Position numbers and translations under genes: made by a program | Origin: Amoebidium appalachense | Taxonomy: Eukaryota > Protista > Ichthyosporea | Reading direction: 5' to 3' | DNA: 64,000 nucleotides | NCBI GenBank assembly: GCA_963693365.1 | Contig: CAVNZM010000013.1 | Location: forward strand, 7,487,482 to 7,551,481 | Part shown: in pieces, positions 1-14,014 of the stretch | How positions within the stretch are numbered: the stretch's first letter is position 1 | How the letters are laid out: each line of letters starts with the position of its first letter | Notes under the pieces: generated by a model | Seen by the model: the letters and a program-made list of their open reading frames with translations, nothing else | Database searches by the model: none | What the model was told of the DNA's origin: nothing

Positions 1-85
1 TAAAAATTCGATTTTTAGATAAGACACCGTCATGAGCTATACACTTGTAGGGACGAAGTGGTGATCTGCATACTTGCATCTGCTG

Positions 86-121
<36 letters not shown>

Positions 122-446
122 GGGAATACCAACACACGTGACACACTTGCCGTGTGTGCATATGCGCATACGAACATACACGCACGCACGCACACACACA
201 CACCGGTACGGTGTATATATACACACACATCATATGTACACACACACACACACACACGTACACACACACGTACACGTACACATACACATACATACTGTAC
301 ATACATACTAACACGCACACCAGTGTATTACAGAGGGTGACTAAAATCAAGATAATTATGAAATTAAGATAAATAGTGCTATTTTTTTTTCCTCAAAAAT
401 TAAGATACTAGGGTCTACCAAGCCTGGTGGATATTTAAGATCATCC

Positions 447-632
<186 letters not shown>

Positions 633-794
633 GGAGGGGGTGAATGTTGCAGAGAACAAGGGGCGAGTTATTAGCGACAATGTTTTAAAGTTTGTGGACT
701 AGTGAGAAGGATACGCATTGCTAACGCCACTATACTGCTCTCACCGTCCTGGTTCAAGTCGTCTTCACCTCTGAGTGTTCCAATGTGGGGGGTA

Positions 795-842
<48 letters not shown>

Positions 843-978
843 GCCCTGAGGGCCCGGGACTCGAGGGGAAACAAAAAAAAAAAAAAAAAAAAAAAGGGAG
901 CCCCCCCTCACAGTGTGCTTCCGCGGCATATGGCAACGGTTAATACCACCACCACCAACACCACCACCATCATGACAC

Positions 979-1021
<43 letters not shown>

Positions 1022-1322
1022 ACACACACACACACGTACATGTACACACACACACACTCACATGTACACACACACACACACACATGTACACACACACACA
1101 CACACAGACACACATGTACACACACACACACACACATGTACACACACACACACACATGATATGCACACGTGCACATGCATACACAGTGTCACACATTCAT
1201 ACACGTACACAGGTACACACCGTGACACACACACACACACACACACATACACAGTGTCACACACACATACACACACAACACCCAACACCACCACCACTAC
1301 TGGGCCACCAACGCCACCACCA

Positions 1323-1356
<34 letters not shown>

Positions 1357-2212
1357 AAAGAAAAAAGAAAAAAGAAAAAAGAAGAAAAAGAAAAAAAAAG
1401 AAAAGAAAGAAAGAGAGAAAGAAAGAAAAAAGAAAGAAAGAAGAATTTAAAGGTCTGGGCCCCTGAGTCCCATGGCCATGCATAAGGAAAAACCCCCAAA
1501 GTACCTCTTTCTTTACGCAGGGGAAAAAACCCCTAGAAGTCGTAGCTACTAGATACTACAGGGGCCTGTACATTACGGCAACTGCACCTAACCCATTTAC
1601 ATGCAACCTACACAATGATTGCACTAGGGGGCACTACCGTGGCCATGCCCATGTCTGCTGGCCATGCACACCGGTTATCCTACTAATTTCTTTATATTTT
1701 ATTTTTAATTTATCTTGTTTTGTTCTCGGAGGGACCCTCAGGCTCCCTTAGAGGAACTACCGTCTTCCACCCAGCACCGATTATAATCTATAGCTAGGGT
1801 GCTATGGTGCCGGGCATCAGCTAAGCTAACACATCTATGCCAATCATAACATAACCATTCGTATACACCTAGCCCAGGGTTTTCGCCTCAGCCTCACCGG
1901 TGGGTAGCATCACTTAGCACCAGGCTTCCCATCCACTCAAAACCCACAAATAAACTTTAAACACGTGCCCCCATTGGTTCATCTACGGTGGTGGAATGTA
2001 GGGTGTGGTGTTGGTGGTGATTAGGGTGGGTATATGTAGGTGTATGGTGGAACCTGGTGGTGGAACTATTCTACTAAGGATCCAGCGAAAATGAGTGGGG
2101 CATCTCAAAATCATAATATAATACTGCGGGCACATATTGCACATGATTTCATACAGATCCAGCACACTGTCCACAACAACCTCCACACCTGTGTGTGTGT
2201 GTGTGTGTGTCG

Positions 2213-2293
<81 letters not shown>

Positions 2294-2313
2294 CACGTGC
2301 GAGTGCATGTTGT

Positions 2314-2360
<47 letters not shown>

Positions 2361-2408
2361 GTGTGTGTGTGCGTGTGTGCGCGCGTTTGTGTGTGTGCCG
2401 GTGTGTAG

Positions 2409-2497
<89 letters not shown>

Positions 2498-2843
2498 TGT
2501 GTGTGCAAATGCGTAACCGTTAACAATGTGGGTTGGTAAGTTTGCAAGGCATCTAGCCCATAGGGCACGGGGAGGGGGGGGGAGGGGGTAGAGGAATAGG
2601 GTGGGAGCGGTATCTGTGTGTGTGTGTGTTGTGTGTGTGTGGGGGGGAGGGGGAGGGGTGGGGGGGAAGGGGGGTTACAAATTATACAGCAAACGACAGC
2701 AAACGACAGTTACACACTGAGGCACTACAGTTTTTTTGTATTGTATGAGCATAGAAAAGAGTATGCATAATCAAATCCTTGATTAGCAAAGCCCAATACA
2801 AAAATTTAGAGAGGGGGGGAGGGGGGGGAGATGCAAGTCGGAG

Positions 2844-2934
<91 letters not shown>

Positions 2935-2953
2935 TGTGCGTGTGTAGTGTGTG

Positions 2954-2998
<45 letters not shown>

Positions 2999-3035
2999 TG
3001 TGTGGGAGGAGGGGGGAGGGGGCCCCTGCAAGTTG

Positions 3036-3089
<54 letters not shown>

Positions 3090-3225
3090 ATGTGTGTGTG
3101 TGTGTGTGTGTGTGTGTGGTGTGTATGCGTGTGTGTACGCGTGTACGTGTACGTGTACGTGTGTGCATAATGTGTGTTTGTGTGTGTCCCCCCCCCCCCC
3201 CCCCCCCCCCCCCCTTCCCCCCCCT

Positions 3226-3257
3226 TGAACCAACTTCCTGAGCCACTTCCCCCAGAG

Positions 3258-3310
<53 letters not shown>

Positions 3311-3870
3311 TCCCCCAGGAACCATATTCCTGAGCCACTTCCCCAGCAGCTCCGCCCCCTTCTCCTCCTCACCCCTTCCCCCCCCCCCCTCCCCCCCCCC
3401 CCCCCCCCCCCCCCCCGTTGAACCAACTTTCTGAGCCACGTCCCCAGCAGCCCCCCCCTCCTCCTCCCCCCTCCCCTTCCTCCCACCCCCCTCCCCTCCT
3501 CAAATCAACTTCCTGAGCCCCCTCCCCAGCAGCTTCTTCCCCAAACCCCCCCCTCCCCCCTTTGAACCAATTCTCTAAGCCCCCCCCCCATCTCCCCCGC
3601 CGCCGCCCCCCCCCCCTCCCCTCGCCCCCCCCCGCCCCACGAACCAACTTCCTGAGCCACTTCCCCAGCAGCCCCCCTTCCCCCCTCCCCTTGCCCCAGC
3701 CCCCAACCCCCACTGTCCGCAGCCCCCCTCCCCCCCCCCCCCCCCCCCTCCCCCCCCCCTCCCCTGTTCCCCGGCCTTAACCAACTTCCTGAGCCACTTC
3801 CCCACCCCTCCCCCTCCCCCCCCCCCCCCCCCCCCCAACTCCCGAACCAACTTCCCGAGCCACTTCTTCA
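3226..3870 (+). repeat. Minisatellite: about 8 copies of GAACCAACTTCCTGAGCCACTTCCCCAGC separated by poly-C
   Basis: Copies start near 3228, 3319, 3420, 3503, 3564, 3641, 3779 and 3844. Related GGCTCGGGAAGT motifs occur in inverted orientation at 4380-4635. Confidence 0.8.
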
Positions 3871-3880
3871 ACTCCCTCCC

Positions 3881-3911
<31 letters not shown>

Positions 3912-6144
3912 AGGAAGCTCGCGCATTAGGTAGGCTAGGCATACCTGGAAGCCGAACTCGCCGGTTCAAAGCTCACAAACAGCCAGCGCCCATCCTAGAT
4001 TAGGCCGCAGGTGTGGCCGCCCACCAAATGCTTTTTGGCCAAGCAGCCCCATCTTTAAATGGTAGCCTCTAGTTGGCCAGTGTGTGGGGTACATCGCTGC
4101 CTCTGCAAGTGCTTGCATTTGTGGCTAGCTCTCCGCGTGTTGGCCCGTCGCGGTCTGTGCTTTTTTTCTTTCCTTTGGATGCATGTCCGCTTCCTACCAC
4201 CTACTGAGGCGGCGTCTCCCCATTTCTTTTCTTTTTTTTTTTTTTTTTTTTTTTTTTTTGCAAAAAGTTGATGTATAACGTCGCACACGTCAGTACGTGT
4301 TAGGTCCGGACGGCGCGGGGTTCGATATTGTAACCCTGTTGCGGGTTCAGGATACTTCCGGATCCCGAACCGGGTCACTTTCAGGAAGTCGAAACCGCTT
4401 CGGGAACTCGGGAAGTTGGCTCTCGGGAAGTAGACTCTCCATATTCCTACTTTTTTTTGTTGATGTACACAGTTCTGCAACGGATTGCACATTCATACCA
4501 ACGGCTACTTTTTTTATTGTTTTATAAAAACTTTTTGGGGCGGCCGTTCAGGAAGTTGTGGCTGGCTCGGGAAGTAGCCGAGCCGGTTCGGGAAGTAACC
4601 GACCCGTTGCGTCCGTTTTTGGCTGAGGAAGTGCATTCCGATCCTCAGGAATGCTCATTTTCACAATCCGATTCCGAATCCTCCCCATCATTGTCAGTGA
4701 CTCAGGCGTTGTCACCTAGACATATGCGTACTGTGTCACAGGATACATAGGCGCACAGGTACACGTTCGTGTATGTATACACGTGCACACACACGAAGTG
4801 TCACTTCAAGTGTGTGCGTCTGTACACTGAGCACTCCTACAGATAAATCTTAGGCACGGACTGGCGCATTGATTCAATTGTAATGATTGTTACATTTGAG
4901 ATTGGGGGATTTGTCGAATTATCCGTTAACATTTCGAATTCAAATATGCAAAACATCCGATCTCATTCGATCGACTGTAGCGATTGGATATATTGAATTT
5001 GCCCAAAAACCATTTGACATATTGTTTTGCTCACTTCAGGATGGGATACACGCCTTCGACCATTAGGCCATCTGTGCCCTTAAGAAAAATACACCTAATG
5101 AAAACGGTTGTTGGCTCTGTTAGGGCCATCCAAGCTGGTGGAATTTTGTCAAAATGGCACAAGCCAAAAACAAATTTCACACCCTGGTATACCAGTGGTG
5201 GTCGATGATAATTGTAACATTAGCAAAGCTGCGACGGTCTACAGGTATGTACTTTAGCATGCACCTACTGCCTTACGAATCCTATTGGCCCAAAATACGA
5301 TTAAGTACAGGGGCCAATAAGGTTAGCACTGTAGGATGCCGGATTCAGGGTTTAGGGTTAACTATATAGGCTCCAAGCGTGTGACTTTTATGCCTTTATA
5401 TATGAAAAATGAATGATTTCTATAAAAAAGTGATATGTTGGTATTTATTGAGTTTGAAAGGAAGAATATGAAGCCCTGTTTCTCTTTCAGGGTTCCATAT
5501 TATTAGTGAAGTAAAAGTTTGTTCAAATTACAAAGCAGTTGGGGTTTTACAAGTCTCTATTGAAAAGCACCCCACCAACACGATTAAGAATTTCCGACAA
5601 TACGATACCATTTGGAGGTAAAGCGATCAAGGCGGCGAAAACCGGGCAACCCTGCTCAGGGCCTGCTGTGGCTGTCTCCTAGAACCGTCTTTCAACTTTT
5701 TTTGTTGTCCCGGTTGAGTGTTGTCGACCAATCAATAAGTTGTGCCGTAGTGAAAAGTGACTGGCTGAACGCGCACCCAATGCCACCGATATGCCAGAGC
5801 GGCACGGTGCGACCCACCAGTGGGCATCCCATGCATGGGGCATGGGCCAAAAACTATGATGACTCCAATCATCAAACAACACGCATGGCATCTGTTCACC
5901 TTTTCGTACATAAATACATGTGATATATTAAAAAAAAGATAACTTATATTTTTGTACATATGTAGCCCATACCCATATCTTCTCCATTATGAGATCTTAA
6001 GCGTGTGGAGACCGAATCTTGTAATTGTGCCGGATCGGCTTCCCTCAGATGATGGATGATCTACGGTATACGGTGGTGAGTCGTGAAAAGACACCAGTCC
6101 TCCAACACAACCCTATGAATGCAGCACTCACATATATATATATA

Positions 6145-6177
<33 letters not shown>

Positions 6178-6858
6178 ATATTGCTGCATTAATATATATA
6201 TATATATATATAGCCATGTAACTTACAGTCCGAGTGTCTCAGTGCTTTTTTGCCCCCCTCACCCATGCTAAGCATATGATATGGTGCAATCATGTGCGTG
6301 GATCATAAACTGGGCAGGGTACAGGCGCGCGTGCTGCCAGTCTGCAGGGCACAGCCCGTCCGGCCGGCCGCGAACTCTTTTCAAGTCAGTATGCCACAGT
6401 GCAGTTACAAAAGTAAAAGACTTATACGTACTTTTCGTTGTATGTAGATGTAGAGCAATATACTAGTGTGTTTTATGTCACAGTTTCTTCGGGGGCCAAT
6501 TTCTTCTTAACATTGTAGTACGTGGTAAAAGCTTTCCGGCCTTTTCGGTGAATCAGGTTGAGTAACTTTCCTGCAGGAAACGCAGAGCAATAGCCACACA
6601 GGCTGCTCATCGTGCGGCCTAGCTATAGCGTAAACAGCTATATAATATTAGTTTCGAATTTCACAGACTTGAGCTCGTATTGTTACCGTGCTTGAGTCGA
6701 AAAGTCTACACCGGTAGGGACACCCAGAACTGGACCCCATAGGCACGTTCCACAGTGGGTAGCTAATGGCTACCTGAAGAAAAATGCACTTAGTGACTTC
6801 CGACCACACTAGTTAGTATAATAATTATAACCAAAACGTCTTTACTGCCCATTTCAAC

Positions 6859-8577
6859 ATGGTTGAGGAAGTAACCTTCACAAATCCCTTTCCAGAACTG
6901 TCGGGCAAGGGCAAAACCCCCGCACGCTCATCAGGAGATGCAGAAAAGAGCAAACAGCTCGGCGACCTCGACTATACGACCACTCTAGACTCTGTCGGCA
7001 TAGATAACTCCCAAACCCACGAGACAGCACCTGAGGGGCTGGAAAGCACTTCGAACGGAAAAACGATCGCATGCAGTGACCCAGTTCACGTTGTAAACCT
7101 ACCCCCTCAAAGGGGGAGATACTCGCGCCATGCCGAGCTGCTGGCTCAGGACAACTCTGAGGATGCCAGTGCGGACATAGTTTTGCAGCGTGCGAGAAAG
7201 GAGATGCTAGCAAGTAGGAGCAAACGGCTACGGCTGTACCTCCGGCAGACGTTTCTCGCCCATCTTATTGTGTTGCTGGTTGCACTCGGGGTGGAAGCGT
7301 CGTTTCTTTTTCTCTGCGTCGGCGTGACCAGTTCGGCACCACACCATGTGATTGTTTACGCTGCAGACCCATTGAAAGACGCCCAAAACTCACTAATTGC
7401 ACTTCGAGGCGCACCGACACAGAATGCAACGCTCATACGCGAGGCGGAGATAGCTCTGCAGGGGCAGGCAGCCATTTTCGTGCAAGTGGTGGATAGGGAA
7501 ATGGGATACAGCGTGCAGTTGTTTGTTTACGATGTGGGCTACGCTGTTGCCGCGCTTGTCATTCTCATACTGACTGCACTGGTTGTGTTTTGGAACAGAA
7601 AGCACCCGGCTGTCAAGTCCCGCGGAGAACTGTACCTCGTGTTGTTGTTTGGGACTGGGATGGCGGTTTGCGTTGTGTCGATTGTAATATCCGCCGGTTG
7701 CTTTTGCCGATATAACCAGTTTCCGTTGGATGCAGACTACACACAGCCCGAGGTTTTGCAGCACGAATTGAAACGGGCGGCCGTGTTGATTTTTGTTGGC
7801 TTTGCGCTTGCAAATTTTCTCGCAGCACTGTTCTTCTCGGTTCTTCTTATGCGTCAGAGGATAATAGCAGGGGTGTTTAACCCCTCCTCTACCATGAGTA
7901 CGGGCTCACGAACTACGCCGGTTGCCTTCCTCGCCATTATGACCATCAGCGGGTTTGTTCTTGGTGTGACCTCGCACGTCGTGTGGGTTGTTCGTGACTT
8001 CTACCACCCAAACGGAGTGTACTACGGGCTTACTGGTGTTCTTACATATGCGGGGGTCTATGCCGGGGTGTTGGCTTATTATTTTATGAAGGCTCGAGCG
8101 GCATCACTGCAGTTCAACGACTTCTATTGCAACATACGATGTTTTGTCGTCGGGGAAGCAGTCTTTTCGAGCCTTCTCGTTTACAGTTACATAAGTCCCG
8201 ATCATGTCGTGTCGGGTTCCGTCGGTTGGTCCTCGCTCATGCGTTTCTTCGTTTTTTTGTACACGCTCGATCAATTCTTCACGCAGGCAATACAAGCCAG
8301 ATGGGAGGTGACCAAGTTGCCCGAGCTGCAGGCGGCGTCTACGTACGTGACAGCAAGGAGGCTGTTCAACTGGACGACACAAACACAGGCTTCGCAGCTG
8401 AATCGGTTGCCGGGGAGAGAACGGCACTCGGTGGTAAGTCTGCGCGTGCTTCCATGCTTTACCCGTGCACGTGGGTTGTGGCTAACGGGGATGCAAGTAA
8501 GCAAGTATTCTTCTTGTCGATGTGAAGTTTGTGTGTCCCGCCAACCTTTCTCCCCCACGGCCCCCTCTCCTCCTTTT

Positions 8578-8633
<56 letters not shown>

Positions 8634-9178
8634 GGTTGCGTTTTTGTCGATGTGATGTCTGTGTGTCTCCCGACCCCCATCGTGTATGCGTACTTCGTAC
8701 CGTGTTCCGCATTCAACCCCCCCTGAAACAGTATCTGAGTTGGGTTTCGTTAACGAGGGGAATAGGTCGAAACTCGGGTACTGTGGATGACGTGGGCCCC
8801 CCCTGAGGATGGGCTCTGCTTATTATGCATACTCTTTATGTATGGCTTGCATTCTGCATCGTGTTATCCGTTTGTTCTTGTGTACTTCGTACTTTTTGAC
8901 GCATTCAAAACCCCCCCCATTTTTTATCGGGAAAGGGGGGGGGGGGGGGGGGAGGGGGGATCGCGTGCTGTTGTTAAGTCTGTGACACCAGTGGTTCTGG
9001 GCTTTATTTCTGGACGGCCACATCCACACACAAAAGTGTGGGCAAAAGTGTGTGGATGTGGTTGCACGCGCATGACTGCTCGCAGCAAACGAACTCAAGT
9101 TCTCTTTGATAGAGCACTTTGAATGTTTAAGAGTAAAGTCTATCCGTAGGCTTGGGCACACAGGCCCCCCTGACGCCA

Positions 9179-9212
<34 letters not shown>

Positions 9213-9531
9213 TCTCCCTCTCTCTCTCTCTCCGCTCTTGCTTTCTATCTCTCTCGCTCTGTCTATTGCGCATGTGTGTCCTATATATTTGACAGCCTAA
9301 TTTGTATTGACCACTAACGACACCGTCCACAACGCACACACACACACACACACACAGGCACAGGCACAGGCACAAGCACTTCCTGAGCACAGTGTGGCAT
9401 ATGCGGCACAGCAAACGGAGGACAGCCCACCTGGAGTCCATGACTCGACCCGACCCGGTCAGCGATTAGATGTGCTGGAGTTCATACCCGAGGAGAAAGC
9501 ACCTGCGAACACCAAGAGCAAACTGAGCTGA
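6859..9531 (+). CDS. Class C (GABA-B/7tm_3)-like GPCR-type membrane protein, 2 exons, about 582 aa
   Basis: Exon 1 is 6859-8433 (donor GTG|GTAAGT, phase 0). Exon 2 is 9358-9531 (CTAAC branch point near 9314, (CA)n-CAG acceptor, in frame to TGA). Eight hydrophobic segments. Motifs resemble class C 7TM domains: WNRKHPAVKSR (ICL1), MRQRIIAGVF after TM3, and KARAASLQFND (cf. the ICL3 FNE motif). Confidence 0.7.
8731..8918 (+). mobile_element. Dispersed C-tailed repeat family, copy in the GPCR intron (preceded by the 3' part of another copy at 8660-8724)
   Basis: 8754-8918 matches 42261-42427 apart from homopolymer lengths. Ends CATTCAAAACCCCCCCC. Confidence 0.8.
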
Positions 9532-9931
9532 AGTGAATGTGGTTCTGATGACTCCCTCGAGAATGTATGAAGGCACATGCTGGCATAGCTAATAACATGT
9601 ACCTTGTGTGCCTAGGTCAACCTACGACAGACACGGACATAAACATACACACACTCTCTTTCGCCATCTCTTTGTCTCTGTTCTCTCTCTCCCTCCCTCC
9701 GTTTCTCCCTCGATCTCTCTTTCTCTCCATTCCTCTTGCTCACTCCCAGAGTAGTTGGTGCACGTGTACATAAGTTTCGAACCCAGTCGAACAGTACGGT
9801 TGCGAGCGCAAGCTCAATCCACACCTACTTGTATTTTTTAATGAGTGCTGGATAGCAGGATATGCAGAGAGGTATTCTTGCAGTGCTGTGCACCTGTTGT
9901 ATATGTCAAGGAGCTTAGTGTATGATATTAT

Positions 9932-10122
9932 GGGGGTTTACGCTCTTTACTCGAGGCAAAGAGAAACCAGTCTCAGGTATGGGGGGGGTTTTGCTCGGAA
10001 TATCCCCTCAGCGGTATATCATGAACACGTACATAGATGTCGGGTGATGACTATATATCAGGGTTTACTTTCTCTACGAGACACCATAAAGACTACAAGG
10101 AGAAATCAATTAGTTGGGGTTC

Positions 10123-10170
<48 letters not shown>

Positions 10171-10201
10171 GGGCTCCCCTGGGACACTCGGTATCAGCTG
10201 G

Positions 10202-10234
<33 letters not shown>

Positions 10235-10314
10235 TGTGCGTGTACGCTATAATTTTGTAGTGATGTGTTTCTCAAGCCAATCAATACATCTAATAAACAG
10301 GTCGTAGTTACGCG
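9932..10314 (-). mobile_element. Shorter 5'-truncated copy of LINE-B
   Basis: Near-identical to 29955-30372 and shares the same 3' terminus (AGCGTAAACCCC on the minus strand). Flanked by direct repeat TGATATTAT at 9923-9931 and 10315-10323. Confidence 0.85.
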
Positions 10315-10644
10315 TGATATTATATATATAATTAGTCATCCTAAAACTCTACAGGTCAACACATTACCGGCGAGTGCGTATGAAAGAACGAATAAGAATA
10401 CACTGCTTCGGCTTCATGCCTCCGAATAACCAGTGTCCCTTATTTAGAATGTGTGTGTGGTGTTGGTACAGGTGGGTCGTGTGCGCGCTGGTGGAGAGAG
10501 GGGGGTTGATCTACACTACAAGGTGCCTCAGTGGCATGAACACGGAAGCCTTAGTTAAATGTGCGGGTCTGATCATGATATTCCAGGCTCTATCTCTTTC
10601 GCTCTCTCTCTTTCTCTCTCCCTCCTTACCTTCCGGTGACCCGG

Positions 10645-10708
<64 letters not shown>

Positions 10709-11300
10709 CTAGATCTCTATCTCAAGATCTCTCTCTAGAGCTAGATCTAGGTGCACGTGTCTGTGTGTTGTCCTACTGTGTTTATGTCAAGGCTCCTTAT
10801 AAATCCACTCTGAGACCTTCAAATGTGTGAGTCTAATGATTATAGTATACGAGGATCAGTCTCTTTATCTCTCTCTTCATGATCACTCTCTCTCTCTCTT
10901 GATCTCTCTCCCTCTCTCTCTCTCTATCTCTCTCCCCCCCCCCCCCCCCCCCTCTCCTCTCTCTCTCTATCTCTTTCTCTTCCCCCTCCTCCAGTCTCTC
11001 TCTCTCTCCTTCTCCAGCCTCTCTCTTTCCCCCCCTCCTCCCTCTCTTCTCTCTCTCTCTCTCTCATGATCACTCTCTCACTCTCTCAGAGGTCTCTCTC
11101 TCTTTCTTTCTCTCTCTCTCTGTCTCTCTCTCTCTCTCCTCTCTCTCTCTCTGTGTTGTTTGACAAAGCACGTGCAGTCCTCCTACTCCACCTCCCCGGG
11201 CCCATCTCCCCCTCTTTCCCACCTTCCACCTCTCCGGATCCTCCCGGACCCTAATCCCGGGCCAATGGCAAGCCCCCCGTAATCAGATGCTCCCACCACG

Positions 11301-11342
<42 letters not shown>

Positions 11343-12109
11343 CACCCACCCACCACCTCTCCCACCACCACCACGTACATACGCACGTGCCGAGAAAATC
11401 TTGGAGCTGCCATCGAATGTCGACTGAGCCGGCCAATCACATTTTGCCATTTTTCACAATCAAGGCCCCAACCACATCAACAGTTTTGGGCACATATCGC
11501 ACATCCTGAAGTTCCCTGTCGGTCTAACCCTGGATCTAAAAATAAACGTCATGATTTTAATGACGTGTTTGCGCAAACCAGTTACGCCAAAAAAATTACC
11601 AGCCAGTCCGGTAGTTGAACAGTTTTCAAAAACCGAAAACTGGCCCCCCATTTCGATCTTGCCGCTCACACACGCGGACTGACTGAAAAAGGCATGAGCC
11701 CAAAGACTTTATAAGTTGTGTGGAGAATGCTGATTGGATGATCTAAAACGCCCATATGGGGTGCTGATACTCAGGCAATGGACAATTTAAAAAAACCAGA
11801 CGCCGAGTCCGGATGCAAATGCCATGCCACGTCACGGTTTGAAGAATTAACGTCATGGTGGCAAAGCAAAATAGCTAGCCATATACATGTTTTTACGTAA
11901 TCTATTTCATGGAGCTTCTATTCACTATGATAGATCAAAATGGACATGTATTTGCTGGTAATGCCATCAATGTTACAAAACATTAGCGAATACGAAGACA
12001 GAGATTTATCGGCGATTCGAGCTCGAATCGAAGCACCAATCCATAACTCGCTTTCTTAGACTTTTTCAGTGGTGTTTTCGGTTTTGCGGGAGGGGGCACA
12101 TAGGCAGAG

Positions 12110-12540
12110 TCAACCTGCACAAAGCATAATTATTCTTATTCTGCAAAAGCGGATTATTCTGCTTTTAGCAGAGTTGTTCTGCAAAAAGCAGAATTTTTCT
12201 GCAAAAGAATCTAGAATCACTCTGCTTTTAGCTGAATTATTCTGTTTCTAGCAGGATTATTCCGCAAAAGCAGAATCGCTCTGCTTTTAGCAGAATTATT
12301 CTGCTAAAAGCAGAATTATCCGCAGAAAGCAGAATGCTTATAGCAGAATAGTTCTGTTTTTGACAGAGCAATTCTGCTTTTAGCAGATTGATTCTGCTGT
12401 TTGCAGAACGACTTTGCTTTTAGCAGAATATCTGCCCTTTTGCTGAGTAATTCTGATTTTAGCAGGATAGCACCGCTTTTTGCAGAATAATTCTGCGTTT
12501 TGAAGAATAATTCTGTTTTTCTAAGAAAAATTCTGCTCGG
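12110..12540. repeat. Degenerate palindromic minisatellite, about 22-bp unit GCAGAATTATTCTGCTTTTA
   Basis: Alternating GCAG/CTGC at about 11-bp spacing, e.g. CTGCTTTTAGCAGAATTATTCTGCTAAAAGCAGAATTA at 12281-12318. Confidence 0.8.
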
Positions 12541-12574
12541 AGCAAGTTTACTCAGCCGATGTGGTTGGGCCCTC

Positions 12575-12712
12575 CGACATAAACATGCAGATACACTCAC
12601 CCCAACCACACACAATACATTCGCCGCCACACAGATACTCACACGAGCAATGCATGGTTAGTACGATAACTTTGCCCTCAATACTAACTTAGAAATAGAT
12701 GACCGTTGGATG
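12575..12712 (+). repeat. Dispersed repeat with a direct copy at about 24687-24830
   Basis: Both copies carry AACATGCAGATACACTCACCC ... CGATAAC.TTGCCC ... TAGATGACCGTTG followed by (TG)n. Confidence 0.7.
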
Positions 12713-12718
12713 TGTGTG

Positions 12719-12779
<61 letters not shown>

Positions 12780-12944
12780 ACGTGTGTGTGTGTGTGTCTG
12801 TGTGTCTGGTGTGTGTGTGTGTGTGTTTTTTTTCTGTGTGTGTGGGTGGGTGGGTGTTGTGGGTATGTGTTCGTGCATGCGCATGGGGGGGGGGGAGGGA
12901 AGGGGAGGGGAGGGGGGGGGGGGGGGGGGGGGGGGGGAGGGGGG

Positions 12945-13300
12945 ATATGGCCTTTTAAGGACATATAGCCTGAGTTTCAGGTGATCAGGAGTGATTTCTA
13001 TTAGTTAGCCTCGAGCTCAATGTTTACGTTTTGCCACGTATTTAGGCAACTGCGTAGTACTATGATCCGATATAGTCGGATGATGGCAGCCTATGGGTGG
13101 GTGGGTCCCTCACCCCCCATCCCCCCTTTAGGGGGGGGGGGGGGGGGGGGGGGGCGGGGGACCCACCTACTCAAGTGGGTGGTGGGTCACCCTCCCCCCC
13201 CCCCACCCCCTCCCCCTACTAGCCGGAGGGGGAGGTGGGTCCCCCCCCCCCGAGGGGTGGGTGGGTCCCTTCCCCCCCAAAACTAGCTCCTACCCCCCTC
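12945..13300 (+). repeat. Dispersed repeat with a diverged inverted copy at about 24190-24435 and related sequence at 25340-25570
   Basis: ATGGCAGCCTATGGGTGGGTGGGTC vs GACCCACCCACCCCATAGGCTGCCAT, plus shared blocks GACTATATC, ACGTAAACATTGAG and GTACTAC. Confidence 0.62.
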
Positions 13301-13514
13301 CTCGTTTAAAATCAAGAATCCCGAAGCATGTAACTATGCATGCGTTTGTGGCAGTCCTGAGTTGGTCTTTTCGCACTAGAGTATTTGAATTCCTGTTCAA
13401 ATGCATAAATGTTTTTGCAACCCCCCCCCCCCCCTTCCCCTCCTCCCCTCACCTACCCCCGCGGCACCCTGGCACCAAACATACCCAGGTAACGAAGTGC
13501 CGCACGCGTGCGCG

Positions 13515-13563
<49 letters not shown>

Positions 13564-13680
13564 TAGAGAGGGGAGTGGGGCCGGGGTGGGGGGGGGGGGG
13601 GGGGGGGGGATGCTGCAGTAGATCGATGCTTAGAGAACTTGTGCCGAAGGAGAACTTCAAGGGTGTATGTGTGTGTGTGT

Positions 13681-13713
<33 letters not shown>

Positions 13714-13954
13714 GCCCTAGCGGGGCCAAACAGGCAAACAGGGGTATCAAAGCACACTTTCTGTCCACTCCCGCCGGTCGCGGTATAATAGGCCAACATT
13801 CCAAGACACACACACACGCATGCTTGTGCGCGCGCGAGAGTAGCGAGAGAGAGTGAGAGAGAGAGAGACAGTGTGTGTGTGTGTGTGGGTGTGTGTGTAC
13901 AGTGTGTGTGTGGGTGTGGGTGTGGGTGTGTGTGTGTGTGTGCGTGCGTGCGTG

Positions 13955-14014
<60 letters not shown>

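Noticed and set aside
3226-3870. CRISPR-like array of about 29-bp repeats with spacers
   Set aside because: Spacers are poly-C of irregular length, the repeats are degenerate, there are no cas genes, and the context is eukaryotic.
8434-8655. C-terminus of the 598-aa ORF ending in poly-Gly
   Set aside because: Read-through into the intron after a consensus GTAAGT donor.
8765-8815. Hammerhead ribozyme suggested by GAAAC..GTA..CTGAGGA in the C-tailed repeat
   Set aside because: Stems I and II cannot be paired around the core motifs.
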